62,996 nt of DNA, filler included, from Globobulimina sp. (GCA_003354225.1; 51 parts of 51 records of this genome joined end to end with filler, not necessarily neighbours in it); one strand, 5' to 3'; shown: positions 25,288-38,362, counted from the first letter of the whole stretch. Program-made: numbers and translations. The notes: generated from the letters alone by a model not told the origin.

Positions 25288-25664
25288 GACGGAATTCGAA
25301 CACTTCAAATTAAATGTAAGTATGTTTTAGTGCAAGGATACGAGAAACGAAAGAGCATCCGGTCTTCAGCGTCAGATTTTTATTGGGGTAAGGTATAAGC
25401 AAACCGTTTCTGGTGACTGATAACGGTAAAAATAATATAGGTTTGCCTTCGTTTCTCAGAAACAAGATAAAAAAAGGTCACACTGAAAACCGGATGCTCT
25501 TAAAAAAATACTACTTTGGAAACAATGTCGAAGCTAAAAGCTTTGATGGATTATTAACAACAACAACCAAACATATTACATCCAACACCATTGCCATTGC
25601 GAAATAGTATGAAATCACAAAATAGAAAAAGAAAACGCAGTGATTCACATTCAAAGGCGATTCA

Positions 25665-25892
25665 TTGCAGCAACCACCAAATAAAAAGAGGAGGATTGCA
25701 GGTGGGAATTTGCAAAATCAACAAACATCGCCCTACCCAGATAGAATTACAATAAATTCGACCAATATAAAGGATGTCACAACAAAATGTGTGTATGAAT
25801 CGCCAGGAGCCATTGGAGTCAATGGATTCCCAACAGTCGATGATGACTACAACGCATATTTCACAGATTTAAGTGGTTTTGTCACCAAAATT
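25665..25892 (+). CDS. Possible PQQ-like beta-propeller protein fragment
   Basis: IAGGNLQNQQ...GFPTVD..AYFTDLSGFVTKI. Confidence 0.3.
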
Positions 25893-25992
25893 NNNNNNNN
25901 NNNNNNNNNNNNNNNNNNNNNNNNNNNNNNNNNNNNTTAATTAATTAANNNNNNNNNNNNNNNNNNNNNNNNNNNNNNNNNNNNNNNNNNNN

Positions 25993-26822
25993 AAGTTGAC
26001 CCAAATGGGAAAATCAGGCTCACATTAGAATTAGAACAAAGTGGAAAATTACCATTTTTGGACTGTATGGTTAATCGAGAACAAGGAAAACTACAATTAT
26101 CTGTGTACCGCAAACCGACACATAGTGGAAGAGTTTTACATTTTAAATCAGCCCAACCCAGATCCCAGATGGCAGGTACAATCGATAGCCTAACAAGAAG
26201 ATGTTACCAAGTATGCTCAGATCTTGAGACGAAAGTTACTGAAAAAGAATATTTGAAATCGGCCTTTATAAATTGTGGCTATCCCACTGGATTTGTGGTT
26301 AAAAATATGAATCCAGTAAGACCATCAAAGAAACGAGATAGTCCAAAAACGTCAGTATCCATCCCTTATATGAAAGGAGTTTCTGAGAAAATCCGATCCA
26401 TTTTGCAAAGATTTGATACAAAAGTATTTTTCCAGAAACATTGCACTATTGGCAGATTATTATGCAAAAATAGCCCTGAATATTCTAAAGAAGAACAGAA
26501 GAATCTTATATATGAAATATCATGTAATGACTGTTCGAAATTGTATGTTGGTATGACTGAAAGAAAGGTAAAAACAAGAATGAAAGAACATAAGAAAATG
26601 ATTGAAAACAAAGATAGAAAATCGGCTCTTGCCAAACATTCAATTGACTCTGGCCATTCTATTGATGTAGAGGGATTTAGTATTCGGTCATTGGCGAGCG
26701 ATAAAAGAGAACAGCTGCTGGCCCGAGAGGCGTTAATTATTTGCTCGACACCAAACACGCTCAATAAAGTCGAGTGTACACCTCACTCGTCGTTTGTGAA
26801 CATTTTGAAGAAGAAAAATTGA
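25993..26822 (+). mobile_element. Penelope-like element: RT thumb plus GIY-YIG endonuclease
   Basis: LPFLD, VYRKPTH, S.IPY.KGVSE, LIYEISC.DC..YVGMT, RMKEH, SALAKH, REAL..LN. Confidence 0.93.
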
Positions 26823-26914
26823 TTTTTGATACTTTTAGTGACAGAAAATATTAGAATTTTATATAACTGTAATCTGTTCTATTGCATTTTTGTAATCTAT
26901 CATTGTTTTAGGGT

Positions 26915-26955
26915 ATTCCTGAAGAAGTTTATAATGGATAAACGAAACGTCGAAT
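26915..26955 (+). ncRNA. Minimal type I hammerhead ribozyme in the Penelope 3' pLTR
   Basis: attc-CTGAAGA-A-gtttat(aatgg)ataaac-GAAA-cgTC-gaat: conserved core, 6-bp stem II, 4-bp stem I, palindromic ACGT stem III, GUC cleavage triplet. Confidence 0.85.
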
Positions 26956-27352
26956 TTTGTTAATTTGTTGTGTTATCAAAGCGGTTGAATTCCGTAGAAA
27001 GTTTTATTTATTAAAAATGAAATCACCGCAAAGTTGGAACTGTTACTATAGTTGGTCCTGACACGAAAACATGAACAGATATATAGGTGTCGCTGTTGGC
27101 GGCCGCTTGGCCGAAAAGGGGGCGGGGCCNNNNNNNNNNNNNNNNNNNNNNNNNNNNNNNNNNNNNNNNNNNNTTAATTAATTAANNNNNNNNNNNNNNN
27201 NNNNNNNNNNNNNNNNNNNNNNNNNNNNNTGTAAAGGAACTTAAAAAATGAAAACAAAGCACCAAAAGTAACAATTCTTTGAACATTAACTCCTTAAACG
27301 AAGCATTAAATGGAACAATATTGGACAGACTGCAATTAACAGTGCAACTTAT

Positions 27353-28015
27353 TCAGTCTCTATAATATGATAGTAATTGAATTTGAGTGTCAGCATACAA
27401 TAAATTGACAGCCGCCCTATATTCTCCCTTTCCAATATCAAATGCTTTCCCATAATAAATTTCATTGACACTAAACGATAATTGCAATGTATTAAAGTCC
27501 AGATACATATCAATGACATCGTTTTGATAACATTTGGTGGCGTACATTTGACCAAATTCATTTTCACATTCATGCCTTAGGATAAACGCAACTTGTAAAC
27601 AGATACAATATGCTGTATATTTATCAGAGGGTATAGTATAATAAATAGCCGTTTTAGGATCTGCCGCATTCTTAAAAATTCCAATTCGCAGAAATGGTTT
27701 TGGATATGATAATAATTTAAATCTCCAGTGATGTCTGCCACACTTAATGATTTTTGACAAAAATGCAGTTTGATATGATTTCCTTGTTTTAATCAATACG
27801 TTTCCATTGATTTTAAATGAATCGCCGCAACATTTAGTGTCCCAATATTCGCCTGAATAATAATAACAAGCACATATCCGATATATTGGTATTGGTATAT
27901 TACTAATGATATGCGATGATAATATTATTTTTTGAAATCTTCTAATAAATCCAAATACTGCACACCGAGTCAGTTCATCGATTCGATCAAAACTACACGA
28001 CTCAAACGCTGACAT
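27353..28015 (-). CDS. SPRY/B30.2-like domain protein with an N-terminal VFGFIR..IP..I..YY helical motif
   Basis: HHWRFK, LRIGI, NDVIDMYLDFNTLQLSFSVNE..GKAF..YRAAV. Confidence 0.75.
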   Translation of the reverse strand: MSAFESCSFDRIDELTRCAVFGFIRRFQKIILSSHIISNIPIPIYRICACYYYSGEYWDTKCCGDSFKINGNVLIKTRKSYQTAFLSKIIKCGRHHWRFKLLSYPKPFLRIGIFKNAADPKTAIYYTIPSDKYTAYCICLQVAFILRHECENEFGQMYATKCYQNDVIDMYLDFNTLQLSFSVNEIYYGKAFDIGKGEYRAAVNLLYADTQIQLLSYYRD

Positions 28016-28466
28016 TGTCTTAATTTTTCGAGGTTGTAATAAATTATTTTAATTAGAAAACCTCCCCCCATATTTTTCATAGGATATAATAATTGCATGC
28101 AACATAACTACACTAATATTAGTTTAGTTATCTTGCTGCATGTGACTTATTTTGCTGATTAAACAAATGTCAGAGGGGTTATATATTTAAATATACCCTT
28201 CGCTTTTTTAAATTGTTTTGCGACTTCGAACTTTGAATGTCGTTTTGTGTATTAATTCTTGGTGGCTCCAGTGCGTGGAGTGCAGATGATTGGAACTCGT
28301 TTTTCTCAGTCAACGAGATTCAGCCCGAAGAAATAATCCCCAACATATTTTCCCATTAATGGAACANNNNNNNNNNNNNNNNNNNNNNNNNNNNNNNNNN
28401 NNNNNNNNNNTTAATTAATTAANNNNNNNNNNNNNNNNNNNNNNNNNNNNNNNNNNNNNNNNNNNN

Positions 28467-28740
28467 CAGAAGTTGAGGATGAATTATTATTGTTATTATT
28501 ATTTTTATTAAATGTATGTGTTTGTCCCCTCATTTTTTGCTTTATCATATTATTTATTTCATGTAATGAGTCCATTAAAGATGTTTGTAATTGTGATTGC
28601 ATTGCTTGTTTAATCCGATATAATTGTGTAACATCACTGAAATATTTCTGCTCTAAATCAGTCATTGCGTCGTTATGTGCCTCTACCACTTCATCTTTAC
28701 GACACATTAAATCTTCGAGCGATAATGGATTGATCGACAT
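28467..28740 (-). CDS. Coiled-coil hypothetical protein, 5' part
   Basis: ATG-initiated frame, open to the contig end, poly-Asn. Confidence 0.35.
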
Positions 28741-29815
28741 GTTTTATAGATGGTGGATTGGTGGTGATGTGTTGGAGTGTATGATGGTGAAATAATAAAA
28801 AAACAATTTTGTATTTTATGCACGATACGGTTCTGAAAATTTGATGCGTTGTGATGGGATATACGTTGGCGATGTGATGGGTTTGTGGATGGTGAATAAG
28901 ATGATTCTTATTCACTCAAATAAAATGTTGGCAGTTGGTTTGATTAAATTATTAATGATTGGTTTGAGCGCCGTGTGAGCAGCGACTACGGATGTTGGGA
29001 AAAGATTACAATGTTCTTCTATTCTGCAAAACTTACTGAAGCAGAAACATGGGAATCTCCGATCGATTATTTCATCAAATCCATTGCTGGCAGAATTATG
29101 TCGATCGATTATTAGTAAATATTTATTTTGGAATACATGACATGAATATGCATTTAACTGAATTAAATGCAAAGTCACTAATTGAGTACCATTTCATTCG
29201 TCTCAGCAACGATATCAAGTTTTAATATCAACCAAATTTTCAGTGTTTAGTCTGTTGTCTGTTGTTGATAGAAATAATTGTAGAAAAACAAGATTTAAAG
29301 AATGAAAAAATAAGATTTTAAACTTCTTGCTCAATATCCATTTCTTCAATTTCTTGTTTGGTTGCTTTTTTTTCTTGATTCAAACCGCTGATTACAATTA
29401 AATATACATCCTTTATTCAAACCCAATTTCTTTTCATATATTGATGCTTTCGAGAATTGCGAATGTTTCTGCATATGATTATGAGACCCAAGACAAAGTT
29501 ATAACAAACCCAGAACAAACGCATATGAAATTTATCACGATCTATACTAAAACCTTAAATTACTGAAAATGTGATGAAGTTACGTATTAAATTAATTGCA
29601 TACNNNNNNNNNNNNNNNNNNNNNNNNNNNNNNNNNNNNNNNNNNNNTTAATTAATTAANNNNNNNNNNNNNNNNNNNNNNNNNNNNNNNNNNNNNNNNN
29701 NNNTACACATATATGTACTCATGTGATCATATATATGATTAAAAAAAAATTATGAAAGGAAGAAGCAACTACACAATGAAGCATAGCCAGCAAGTCAGAC
29801 AGTCAGTCAGACAGA

Positions 29816-30747
29816 CAGGATTAGGAAATGAAGTGGCTGATGACATGGCGAAAGCGGCCATGTTTAACATTTATCAAACAAGACAGTGGAAGGAGATCGA
29901 GAAAGTTTATTCGAAGGAAGAATGGACAAATTACGGGATGAAGGCAGTGAAGAAAGAGAATAAAAGATATGGACGCTATGACACATTAAATAAGTGGTCA
30001 AAGTACAAGAAAGAACGGATGAGAAAAGCAAAAAACACAAATGATCGGATTTTGATTAAGAATTTGATTGATTGGAATGTCGGCTATCATTACGCGTATA
30101 AGTATGAAATGAATAAGTTAGTCAGATGGCAATGGTGTATGGTTACGCAGCTTCGCTGTGGCCACAATCGCCTAAATGCGCAGAGAAAGTACGGTTACGA
30201 ATCGATTTTTTGTGGGCAGGATACATGTATTGATATTAAGGAAGATTTGAAGCATTTTATTTTTGAGTGCAAAGCGTATGACCAGCATAGGTACGATTTA
30301 TTGAATGTGATCGGACCTATTTTTATGAATGCTTATCAAGTTGAGATTGGATGTATTTGCTATGATGATTTGATTAGATTTCTCCTCTTTCCATTTCAAG
30401 AGGAATTGATGGAGGAAGATGTAAAGAGAAACAAGACAGTGATGAATAATAAATTAAATCAACGAATTGAAGTATTGAAGTTATTATGTGATTACGTAAG
30501 GAATACAGAGAGATTTGATATTGAATATTAAAAAAATTAATTATTTATTTTCTTTTTATTTTGATTGTGTGACAGTAGGGTTTGCTGTGTGATTTGCGTA
30601 ACGTGTACATGTGTTTTGTTTGTTATTGTCATGTTTATCATGGCAATTTAACCTTGTGATACGAACTTTCATTTGTGTTACGTTGTATCATTTTTATTTA
30701 ATTAATTGCAAGATTTTTCAGTTATGTTTTCGCCCGTGTTTAAAAAA
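29816..30747 (+). mobile_element. 5'-truncated RNase H-bearing LINE (RNase H end plus CCHC finger, 3' UTR)
   Basis: GLGNEVADDMAKAA, TQLRCGH, C..C..EDLKHFIFEC..Y...R; stop at 30531. Confidence 0.75.
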
Positions 30748-30940
30748 GGACAACCAGCCAGCCAGACAGGCAGACAGCCAGCCTGGTAGCCAGACAGACA
30801 GTGCTAGAAAATAAGCGATCTCTCGTGTCACGCGGATTTANNNNNNNNNNNNNNNNNNNNNNNNNNNNNNNNNNNNNNNNNNNNTTAATTAATTAANNNN
30901 NNNNNNNNNNNNNNNNNNNNNNNNNNNNNNNNNNNNNNNN

Positions 30941-31837
30941 ATAGCACCGGAAGTATTGAATGGAAAATATAACGAATGCTGCGATTTGTGGTCAATGGGT
31001 GTTATTTTATTTGTGATGGTATTTGGCTTTCCGCCCTTTCATTGCTCAAATAGCAAATTATCAGAATCTCAATCAGATAAAGCCACATTTAAAAAAATAC
31101 AAAAAGGTTTTACGCCAAAAGTAAGGGATGGATTTGGTCCATGGTTTCCGTCCGCCATTCGAGTGAGTGATGAATGCAGAGATTTAATTGCCAGATTATT
31201 ACGAAGCAACGTCGCAGATCGGTTAACTGCGGAGGAAGCATTGGAACATTCCTTTTTAAAATTAAATAATGACAAAATTAATTCTCATCCAATCAAAAAA
31301 AGCATAAATTCATCAATTTTAAATTCATTGCGTGGATTTGCACGAAATGATGAAAATAAATGTGGTTTGCAAACACAAATATTAGCTCTATTGCAAAAAT
31401 GTAAGTATTTGAACAGTACTCAAGAAAAATGCGTTAAAGAGTTTTTTGAGGCGACCGATAAAAATGGCGATGGCAGAATTACAGAACAAGAATTATATGA
31501 TGTATTAAAACAATGTGACCCAGAAATTACAAGCTATGATGTACACTCAATGTTAAATGCAATCGATGCGGACAATGACGGTTTTATGGATTTTGAAGAA
31601 TTATTATCATCGCGCATTGCACGCAAATTACAATCAAATGAAGACAGATTAAGAAAAGTATTTTGTTTTTTAGATTTTGATAAATCTGGAAAAATTTCAT
31701 CAAATGAATTAAAATCTGCTTTGGATTCGATGAATTTAACAAATGAGCAATGTAAGGAATTAATACAGGAATGCGATAAAAATGGCGACGGTGAAATTGA
31801 TTTTGAAGAATTTATTCAATTGTTTCGTAAATTATAA
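30941..31837 (+). CDS. Calcium-dependent protein kinase (CDPK), C-terminal part
   Basis: APE, DLWSMGVI..GFPPF, RLTAEEALEH, four EF hands (DKNGDG, DADNDG, DFDKSG, DKNGDG). Confidence 0.92.
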   Translation: MAPEVLNGKYNECCDLWSMGVILFVMVFGFPPFHCSNSKLSESQSDKATFKKIQKGFTPKVRDGFGPWFPSAIRVSDECRDLIARLLRSNVADRLTAEEALEHSFLKLNNDKINSHPIKKSINSSILNSLRGFARNDENKCGLQTQILALLQKCKYLNSTQEKCVKEFFEATDKNGDGRITEQELYDVLKQCDPEITSYDVHSMLNAIDADNDGFMDFEELLSSRIARKLQSNEDRLRKVFCFLDFDKSGKISSNELKSALDSMNLTNEQCKELIQECDKNGDGEIDFEEFIQLFRKL

Positions 31838-31886
31838 TTTTTTTATTTATTTAATTTCTAGTCGAAAAACTTTTTCTTGTCAAGAC

Positions 31887-32077
31887 ATGGCTAACTTAGC
31901 AGATAAGATTGGATATGTGTATATCATCGCAGTGTTTCTCATTTCTACATTTCTATTTGTTTCATTGTGCATTCATTTCTGGAGAAATGAGCGACCAACG
32001 GCGTCCAATCAAGATCCGTTTATGATGCAGGCGGCGCCAAAAATTAATCCCAAATTAAAATTAATCAGCATTGCGTC
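31887..32077 (+). CDS. Membrane protein, 5' fragment
   Basis: ATG followed by a TM helix; truncated by the contig end. Confidence 0.3.
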
Positions 32078-32177
32078 NNNNNNNNNNNNNNNNNNNNNNN
32101 NNNNNNNNNNNNNNNNNNNNNTTAATTAATTAANNNNNNNNNNNNNNNNNNNNNNNNNNNNNNNNNNNNNNNNNNNN

Positions 32178-32527
32178 TCTGTTGCAAATAATTCACGTTG
32201 ACTCAATGTATTAGTTTCTTGTAATGCATTGCAAGCGAGACAGAACAATTTGGTTTTGATGATTTGTTTTGGTGCTGAGTTAACTGTTTGACTCTGAGTA
32301 TGAGATGACACACTGCCAAAATTATTTGTAGTTTCAGAACTGCGGCTGCTAACATCGTCAGATTCAGAATCTGAAATATTGTGTACATCGTCAGTAGGTG
32401 TATTAGTAGGACTGGATTTGATGTTATTTTGTTGTGTATCCGTGGACTGATGTTCCGTTTCATCATCGATATCATCAGAACTTGTACTTCGGTCCTCAGA
32501 TCCCTCTGATTCTGTGTGTACATCCAT
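32178..32527 (-). CDS. Ser/Asp/Thr-rich hypothetical protein, 5' part
   Basis: ATG-initiated frame with a CxxC near the truncation. Confidence 0.35.
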
Positions 32528-32964
32528 TGGAATTTGGGTTTATTTATAGAATGTTAATGCGACAGAAATAGTGATTTCATAATTAAAGTCTTCTTTATTT
32601 TCCTTCGCTTTTTCTTAAACGTTTGTTTAATTAATAACACTTTCATGTCGTATGAAATTTTTGTATTTTAACGGTATCATTGTTGTTAGTGTTGCCATAG
32701 TCATTTACAGATGGCAATATCTCCAAAGCTATATCTTCTCCAGTTTTAAAGTCCATGACTTACTCACAAAACCTTATTCAAAAACTAAAAGACTCCCATC
32801 TAATCGGCATAGTCCCTTTCATCGACGAAATCAAACATAAATAAAGCATTTATTACGGCACATCAACATGAACATAAGTGTAGGTAGATATATGTACAGA
32901 CATTTACATACAGAATAAAAGAGAATGCCACAAATTAAGAATATAAAAAAGAAAAAGAAATATA

Positions 32965-33314
32965 TTAAACCATAAGACCACCTCTACGCAAATCTGATCG
33001 TATAACAATATTTTGAATATCCCAAAACACTTTTTGTACCGTATCCTGATCAGTAGCACATGTAACATGACAAAATATAACCCTGTTTTGGACCCTATTA
33101 ACACAAATAAATGCATCTTGGATGAATTTGATGGCAGCCTCGTAACATGCATCAAAATGTTGTTTGTCTGCAACATCGTCCCCAACAATTGGTTTATAAT
33201 TTGGGCCATCCCATGGTTTACCATCCCAACCAGCTGCGCGACTAAAACAAGTACTTAAAGGTATTTGTAATGACAACTTCTCGCGAAATAAATCATCTTT
33301 ATTTAAAAGTAAAA
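32965..33314 (-). CDS. Heterotrimeric G-protein alpha subunit, C-terminus
   Basis: LLNKDDLF (G4), HVTCATD (G5), VQKVFWDIQNIVI..L..GGL. Confidence 0.92.
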
Positions 33315-33414
33315 NNNNNNNNNNNNNNNNNNNNNNNNNNNNNNNNNNNNNNNNNNNNTTAATTAATTAANNNNNNNNNNNNNNNNNNNNNNNNNNNNNN
33401 NNNNNNNNNNNNNN

Positions 33415-34104
33415 GGTGTTAGAGGTGTTTTAGGATTAGGTGAAGGTATTGAATCATCCCCAAATATTCAAGAAATTCAAATAAAAATAAAATTTAAGGA
33501 TATATATTGTGGACGTGATCATACCTTAGCAATTGATGATAATTATGGTGTTTGGTCGTGGGGATATGGTAGATATGGTAGGTTAGGCCATGGAGATGCT
33601 AATAATAGATATTTGCCAACAAGAATACAATATTTTATTCAAAACAATATTAAAATTGCTAAAATATGTTGTGGTTATTGGCATAATATATTAGTCTCAT
33701 TAAACAACAAAGTTTTGTTCTTTTTGTGTTGTGTTTACTTATTTTTACATTGTTTTTAATAAATAAATAAGGTATATTGTTTTGGAATGAATAATGAGTA
33801 TCAATGTGGTAATGGTTCAGATGAAACTGTATATTTACCACAACCAAATGAAACATTAAAAAAGGAAACAATTATTGATATTAAATGTGGTGGATATCAT
33901 AATATTGTTAAAACAGCGGATAACAAATATTATTTATGGGGAAATAATGAATATAATCAATGTTTACATGTTCGTGATGCCAATCCGCCAGAATGTATTA
34001 AGAAACCCTTATTATTTAATTCAAATTATTTTGATACAGATGAAGAAATTCTTGAAATGTATCCTGGATTGGATGAAACACGAACAATAATTTGTAAAAA
34101 TTAA
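33415..34104 (+). CDS. RCC1-repeat protein, 3' part; intron 33712-33771
   Basis: CGRDHT, VWSWGYGRYGRLGHG, CGYWHN, CGGYHN, WGNNEYNQC. Confidence 0.88.
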
Positions 34105-34895
34105 ATAAAGATGAAAAACAAAGTGACATTTGAAAACACCAATTTTTGTATTTTCGTTTCTTGTATTTTCGTCTCAAGCAAACACATCAAATGAGTTGGA
34201 TGAGTGTTATAAAGCAACAGCAGCCGATACATCATGACACAATTATATACAGATCGGCATTAATTTCTTAAGCTGGTAATGGTGTGCTAAATCTGAGGGT
34301 TCTGCAAATCGAAATTACATCAATGCAAATAGTGTATTTTCTTAAGCTGGCACCGAACATAATTATCAGTCATAAATTTATATATGTAATAAAAGAGTAA
34401 AAATGAGAAGAGTACAAAGAGAATACGCATGTTACAAAGTACAAAGAGATACAGACTGTCAACACATAATCATAAGATGATTTTCGACTGAACAACGTTG
34501 AATTGCCAGCATGATACATTTGGTTCTGGTAAATATACATTTCCACTGCCTNNNNNNNNNNNNNNNNNNNNNNNNNNNNNNNNNNNNNNNNNNNNTTAAT
34601 TAATTAANNNNNNNNNNNNNNNNNNNNNNNNNNNNNNNNNNNNNNNNNNNNTTGAACTTGAACTTAATTGGCCATCCGATTAAGGCCGGGCTTTGAACTT
34701 GAACTTAATTGAAAATTCCGGGCCGGAAAAGACACTACATCCATAGTAGTATTGGGAACGCCAATGCCACTATTTAATGCAGATATCCGATCAATCTATT
34801 AATCGATAATCGATATCGGTTACGGAAAATTTACATAAAATCGATATTTCAATATAAAATCTCAGAATACTCTAGGATACTATATACATTACATA

Positions 34896-35788
34896 CCTGC
34901 TGTCTGTATCATGTCCGGCGTAATTGGTCCTTTCTTCTTTTTATTTGCATTACCAATATATTTATTTCTAGCAATGAATTCAGAGCGAGTGCCACCATAT
35001 ATGGCCAAAAAAGGGGTGCCTTGCAATGTTGCATGACGGAATTCTTTGGTGCTTCGCTTAAGGGATTGCATTGCATTTTCGTCAAACAACCGATCAATCA
35101 TGACTTTGCTTGCATGAATGCTATCTGGTTCCCCAACTTTATGCGGCTCATGTACAGACGTCAGATTTCCGACATAAGCGGTAGCATTACCTAAAATTAA
35201 AATATATTGACATTACAGAAAACATAGGTGTAGTTGGTCAACATCGCTGGGGGGGAGGGTAAGCCTTGCCCGATTGCCCTCCATGTGTGCCCGATTGGCA
35301 AAAAATCAATGGGGGGGGCTAAAATGACTATTTTTCGCCTTTTTGACGTCTAAACTGATTCTAAACTTGGAGTGGGGGGCGTAATCCCACCAAAACAATA
35401 GTATACTGTACTTACCACATTCGTGAAACATCAATCGTTTCTGATACGCCCTATTTAATGCTTCTTGATCGTCTGGTTTCTTTTCTTTTCCAAATGCTGA
35501 AATTACGTTATCCACTTCTTTGATGTATCTAGGTTGGGATATTTCTGGTTCAGTATCAAAGTCACTGATATCAGAATCGCCGTAAGCGGTCACTACTGCA
35601 AAAACATTAGGGTACATTATACTTCTATAAGGAATGCAATATAGATCTCTTATTACGATTTTTCTTTCGTGTGCGTCTATGCTTTCTTCGCGGCTTGGGA
35701 GGCCGTGAAGGAGCCCGATTGCCTTCAAGGCGGGGGTGACCAGGTGGTGCTGCGCCAGTACAATGGTGCCGGCTTGCTGGCCGGCGGC
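34896..35788 (-). CDS. Two probable exons of an unidentified gene (longer introns, higher GC; perhaps another organism)
   Basis: Open frames bounded by GTAAGT/GTATGT donors and a TTTTAG acceptor at ~35192. Confidence 0.3.
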
Positions 35789-37125
35789 NNNNNNNNNNNN
35801 NNNNNNNNNNNNNNNNNNNNNNNNNNNNNNNNTTAATTAATTAANNNNNNNNNNNNNNNNNNNNNNNNNNNNNNNNNNNNNNNNNNNNAAGTTTAAGCCT
35901 AAAAAGTCAAATATATTCCAAAAGATAACCCCCTCCCCTTTGTATACATTTGGTTCAATTATAAATTTATTCTGACTTTGTTCTGGATTTCCAAAGCGTT
36001 TCTCAGATAATTGAATCAAATGTATACAACTTATCGACGTGTTTCCAAAAAACAGTTTTTAAACTATACTTTACTTGAAAGGTTTTCACAAATCATTATA
36101 TTCATTCAGTTTGTGATCAACCAAGACCACCAATCCTTTCCTTCCATTTTTTCAATTTTTTCCAACCCAATTCACCCAATCCAATAATTTGTAAAATACA
36201 ACGTGATAAAGAATTATTAAAGATGCAGTTTGATATACTGCATTTTCACGTTATATATAATTAATTAATTTATTGTTGTTAGAGCATGCGTGTCATAGCA
36301 GAGGCTCGTGTTTAATTATTGATCCATTCCATACATCTCCAAATAAGTGACATAAGCAACAAATAAGTTACATAAGTGACATAAGTCAAGAGTCAAGACC
36401 GATAAATAAGTTACAAGACCGATTTCGATTATATGACACATTTGATATTACTTGAAACAGTGATGGAATGATAATTTAATACATTCAATGAGGAAATACA
36501 AAAGGTTATTATCCATGATGTTTGCAGGTGTAATATTTCTCAGCAACCAAATTGCAAACATACCGATTTCATTTCTGATTAAACCAGATTAGCATTGAAA
36601 TCATCATCCAACATTATCAAAGCAATTCACATGCTGTAATTATTGATGGTGAGTAAAAATATAAATACATCTAAATCATATTTAACTTTTTTATCCAAAT
36701 AAAATGTATTTAATTTTGAATTACGATTATCTGCAAATACACTTTAAATCCTTCTAAATATTTTGTGCAATTTATTTCATTTGAATTAATGTTAAAATCC
36801 GTATATCAAATGCCTTATTCTTTTTATTTTATTTTAGTTCTAATTTTATTTTAGTGTATTCTAAAAACATTAAAAACATTTGTTTAATAGAAACGTTTCT
36901 TGTTTGCTTTTCTCAGTCTTGGAGAAAACGTAAAAATCTCATTCACACTATTCTTTGTCAACCATGCCGTCAGCCAACAATATACGAATACTACTCATTT
37001 TAGTTTCAATTATAACTCATATTAGNNNNNNNNNNNNNNNNNNNNNNNNNNNNNNNNNNNNNNNNNNNNTTAATTAATTAANNNNNNNNNNNNNNNNNNN
37101 NNNNNNNNNNNNNNNNNNNNNNNNN

Positions 37126-38262
37126 AATTAATTTTGGATTAATTCCATTGACAGTCACCGGCGTAATAAAAACATAATTCTCATCATACATTAAATTCGA
37201 TTTAAATGGTTTGCCAATGCTTTGAATACAGTCATCCGCCACAATAAAATCGATCATTCTCTTCCAACTATCCTCTTTTATCCACGATGGTGGTTCCAAA
37301 TCGCATCCCGTTTCATTACTCATTTGAAATAAAGTGTTTCTGCACCACCGTCTATTCTTAATTATATTGGTAATAATAACATCGTCAGGTTTCACGGCAT
37401 ATTTTTCAATTAATTTTAGGATATTAATATATTGCGAATTAATTTCATTTGTTAAGTCCGCAAACCATAAAAGGTCATTTATTGAGTCGTCACTCATTGT
37501 CTCTGCATTGTTATTGGTATCCTCATTCATCGGAGTTGGTTGTAATAATTCTTCATTCAGCTCAGCCTGGGCTTCTTTGAGCCGCTCTAATTTAATTTGA
37601 TACGGATTAATTAATGCTGTCATTAGCGGCGTATAATCAATTTGAGACATATCATATTCGTTTTCCATCGCACTTTTAATTGTATACAGGATAAACGTTG
37701 ATTGAATGTTTGATTTTATTCTATTTGTAATAATTCGCTGCAAAGAATTGTTATTTAATATATTTAATGGGATATTGAATAAGCACATATTAACAGGACG
37801 CCATATCAATGTCTTTTTAATATAAACGATCTCAATGTCATTGTATTCGAAGCGAGGAAAAGGTATATCCCAGTCAAGGTCCATTAAAATTGACTCTGTG
37901 CCGGAACCAATGATAGGGTCTAAATGTAATATTCTTTTGTCATTTATATAGACTGTTGATGGGATTAAATGAGTGATTACCAATCTATGGATTGGATGGT
38001 CTGTATTGGTATGTTTGTATATGATTTGAATCGCTTTTTGATAATCAGGATTTTTGCCACTAAACAAATTCTGGAAACGATACGTAGGCGAATAAATATT
38101 TAGGGAATTCGATGATATTCGAACATTGCTAATTTCACATAAATTTTCTAATTGCCATACTTCTTTGAATTCTTTTAAATTTGCTGCCTTTTTTTCTAAA
38201 TCAATTTTTTCAATGCGGCAGTCCCAAATCTCTCCATTTTTAATTTCGTATTTGATATTGGC
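37126..38262 (-). CDS. Hypothetical intronless protein, internal fragment
   Basis: Frame open for over 320 codons; no domain recognised. Confidence 0.5.
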
Positions 38263-38362
38263 NNNNNNNNNNNNNNNNNNNNNNNNNNNNNNNNNNNNNN
38301 NNNNNNTTAATTAATTAANNNNNNNNNNNNNNNNNNNNNNNNNNNNNNNNNNNNNNNNNNNN

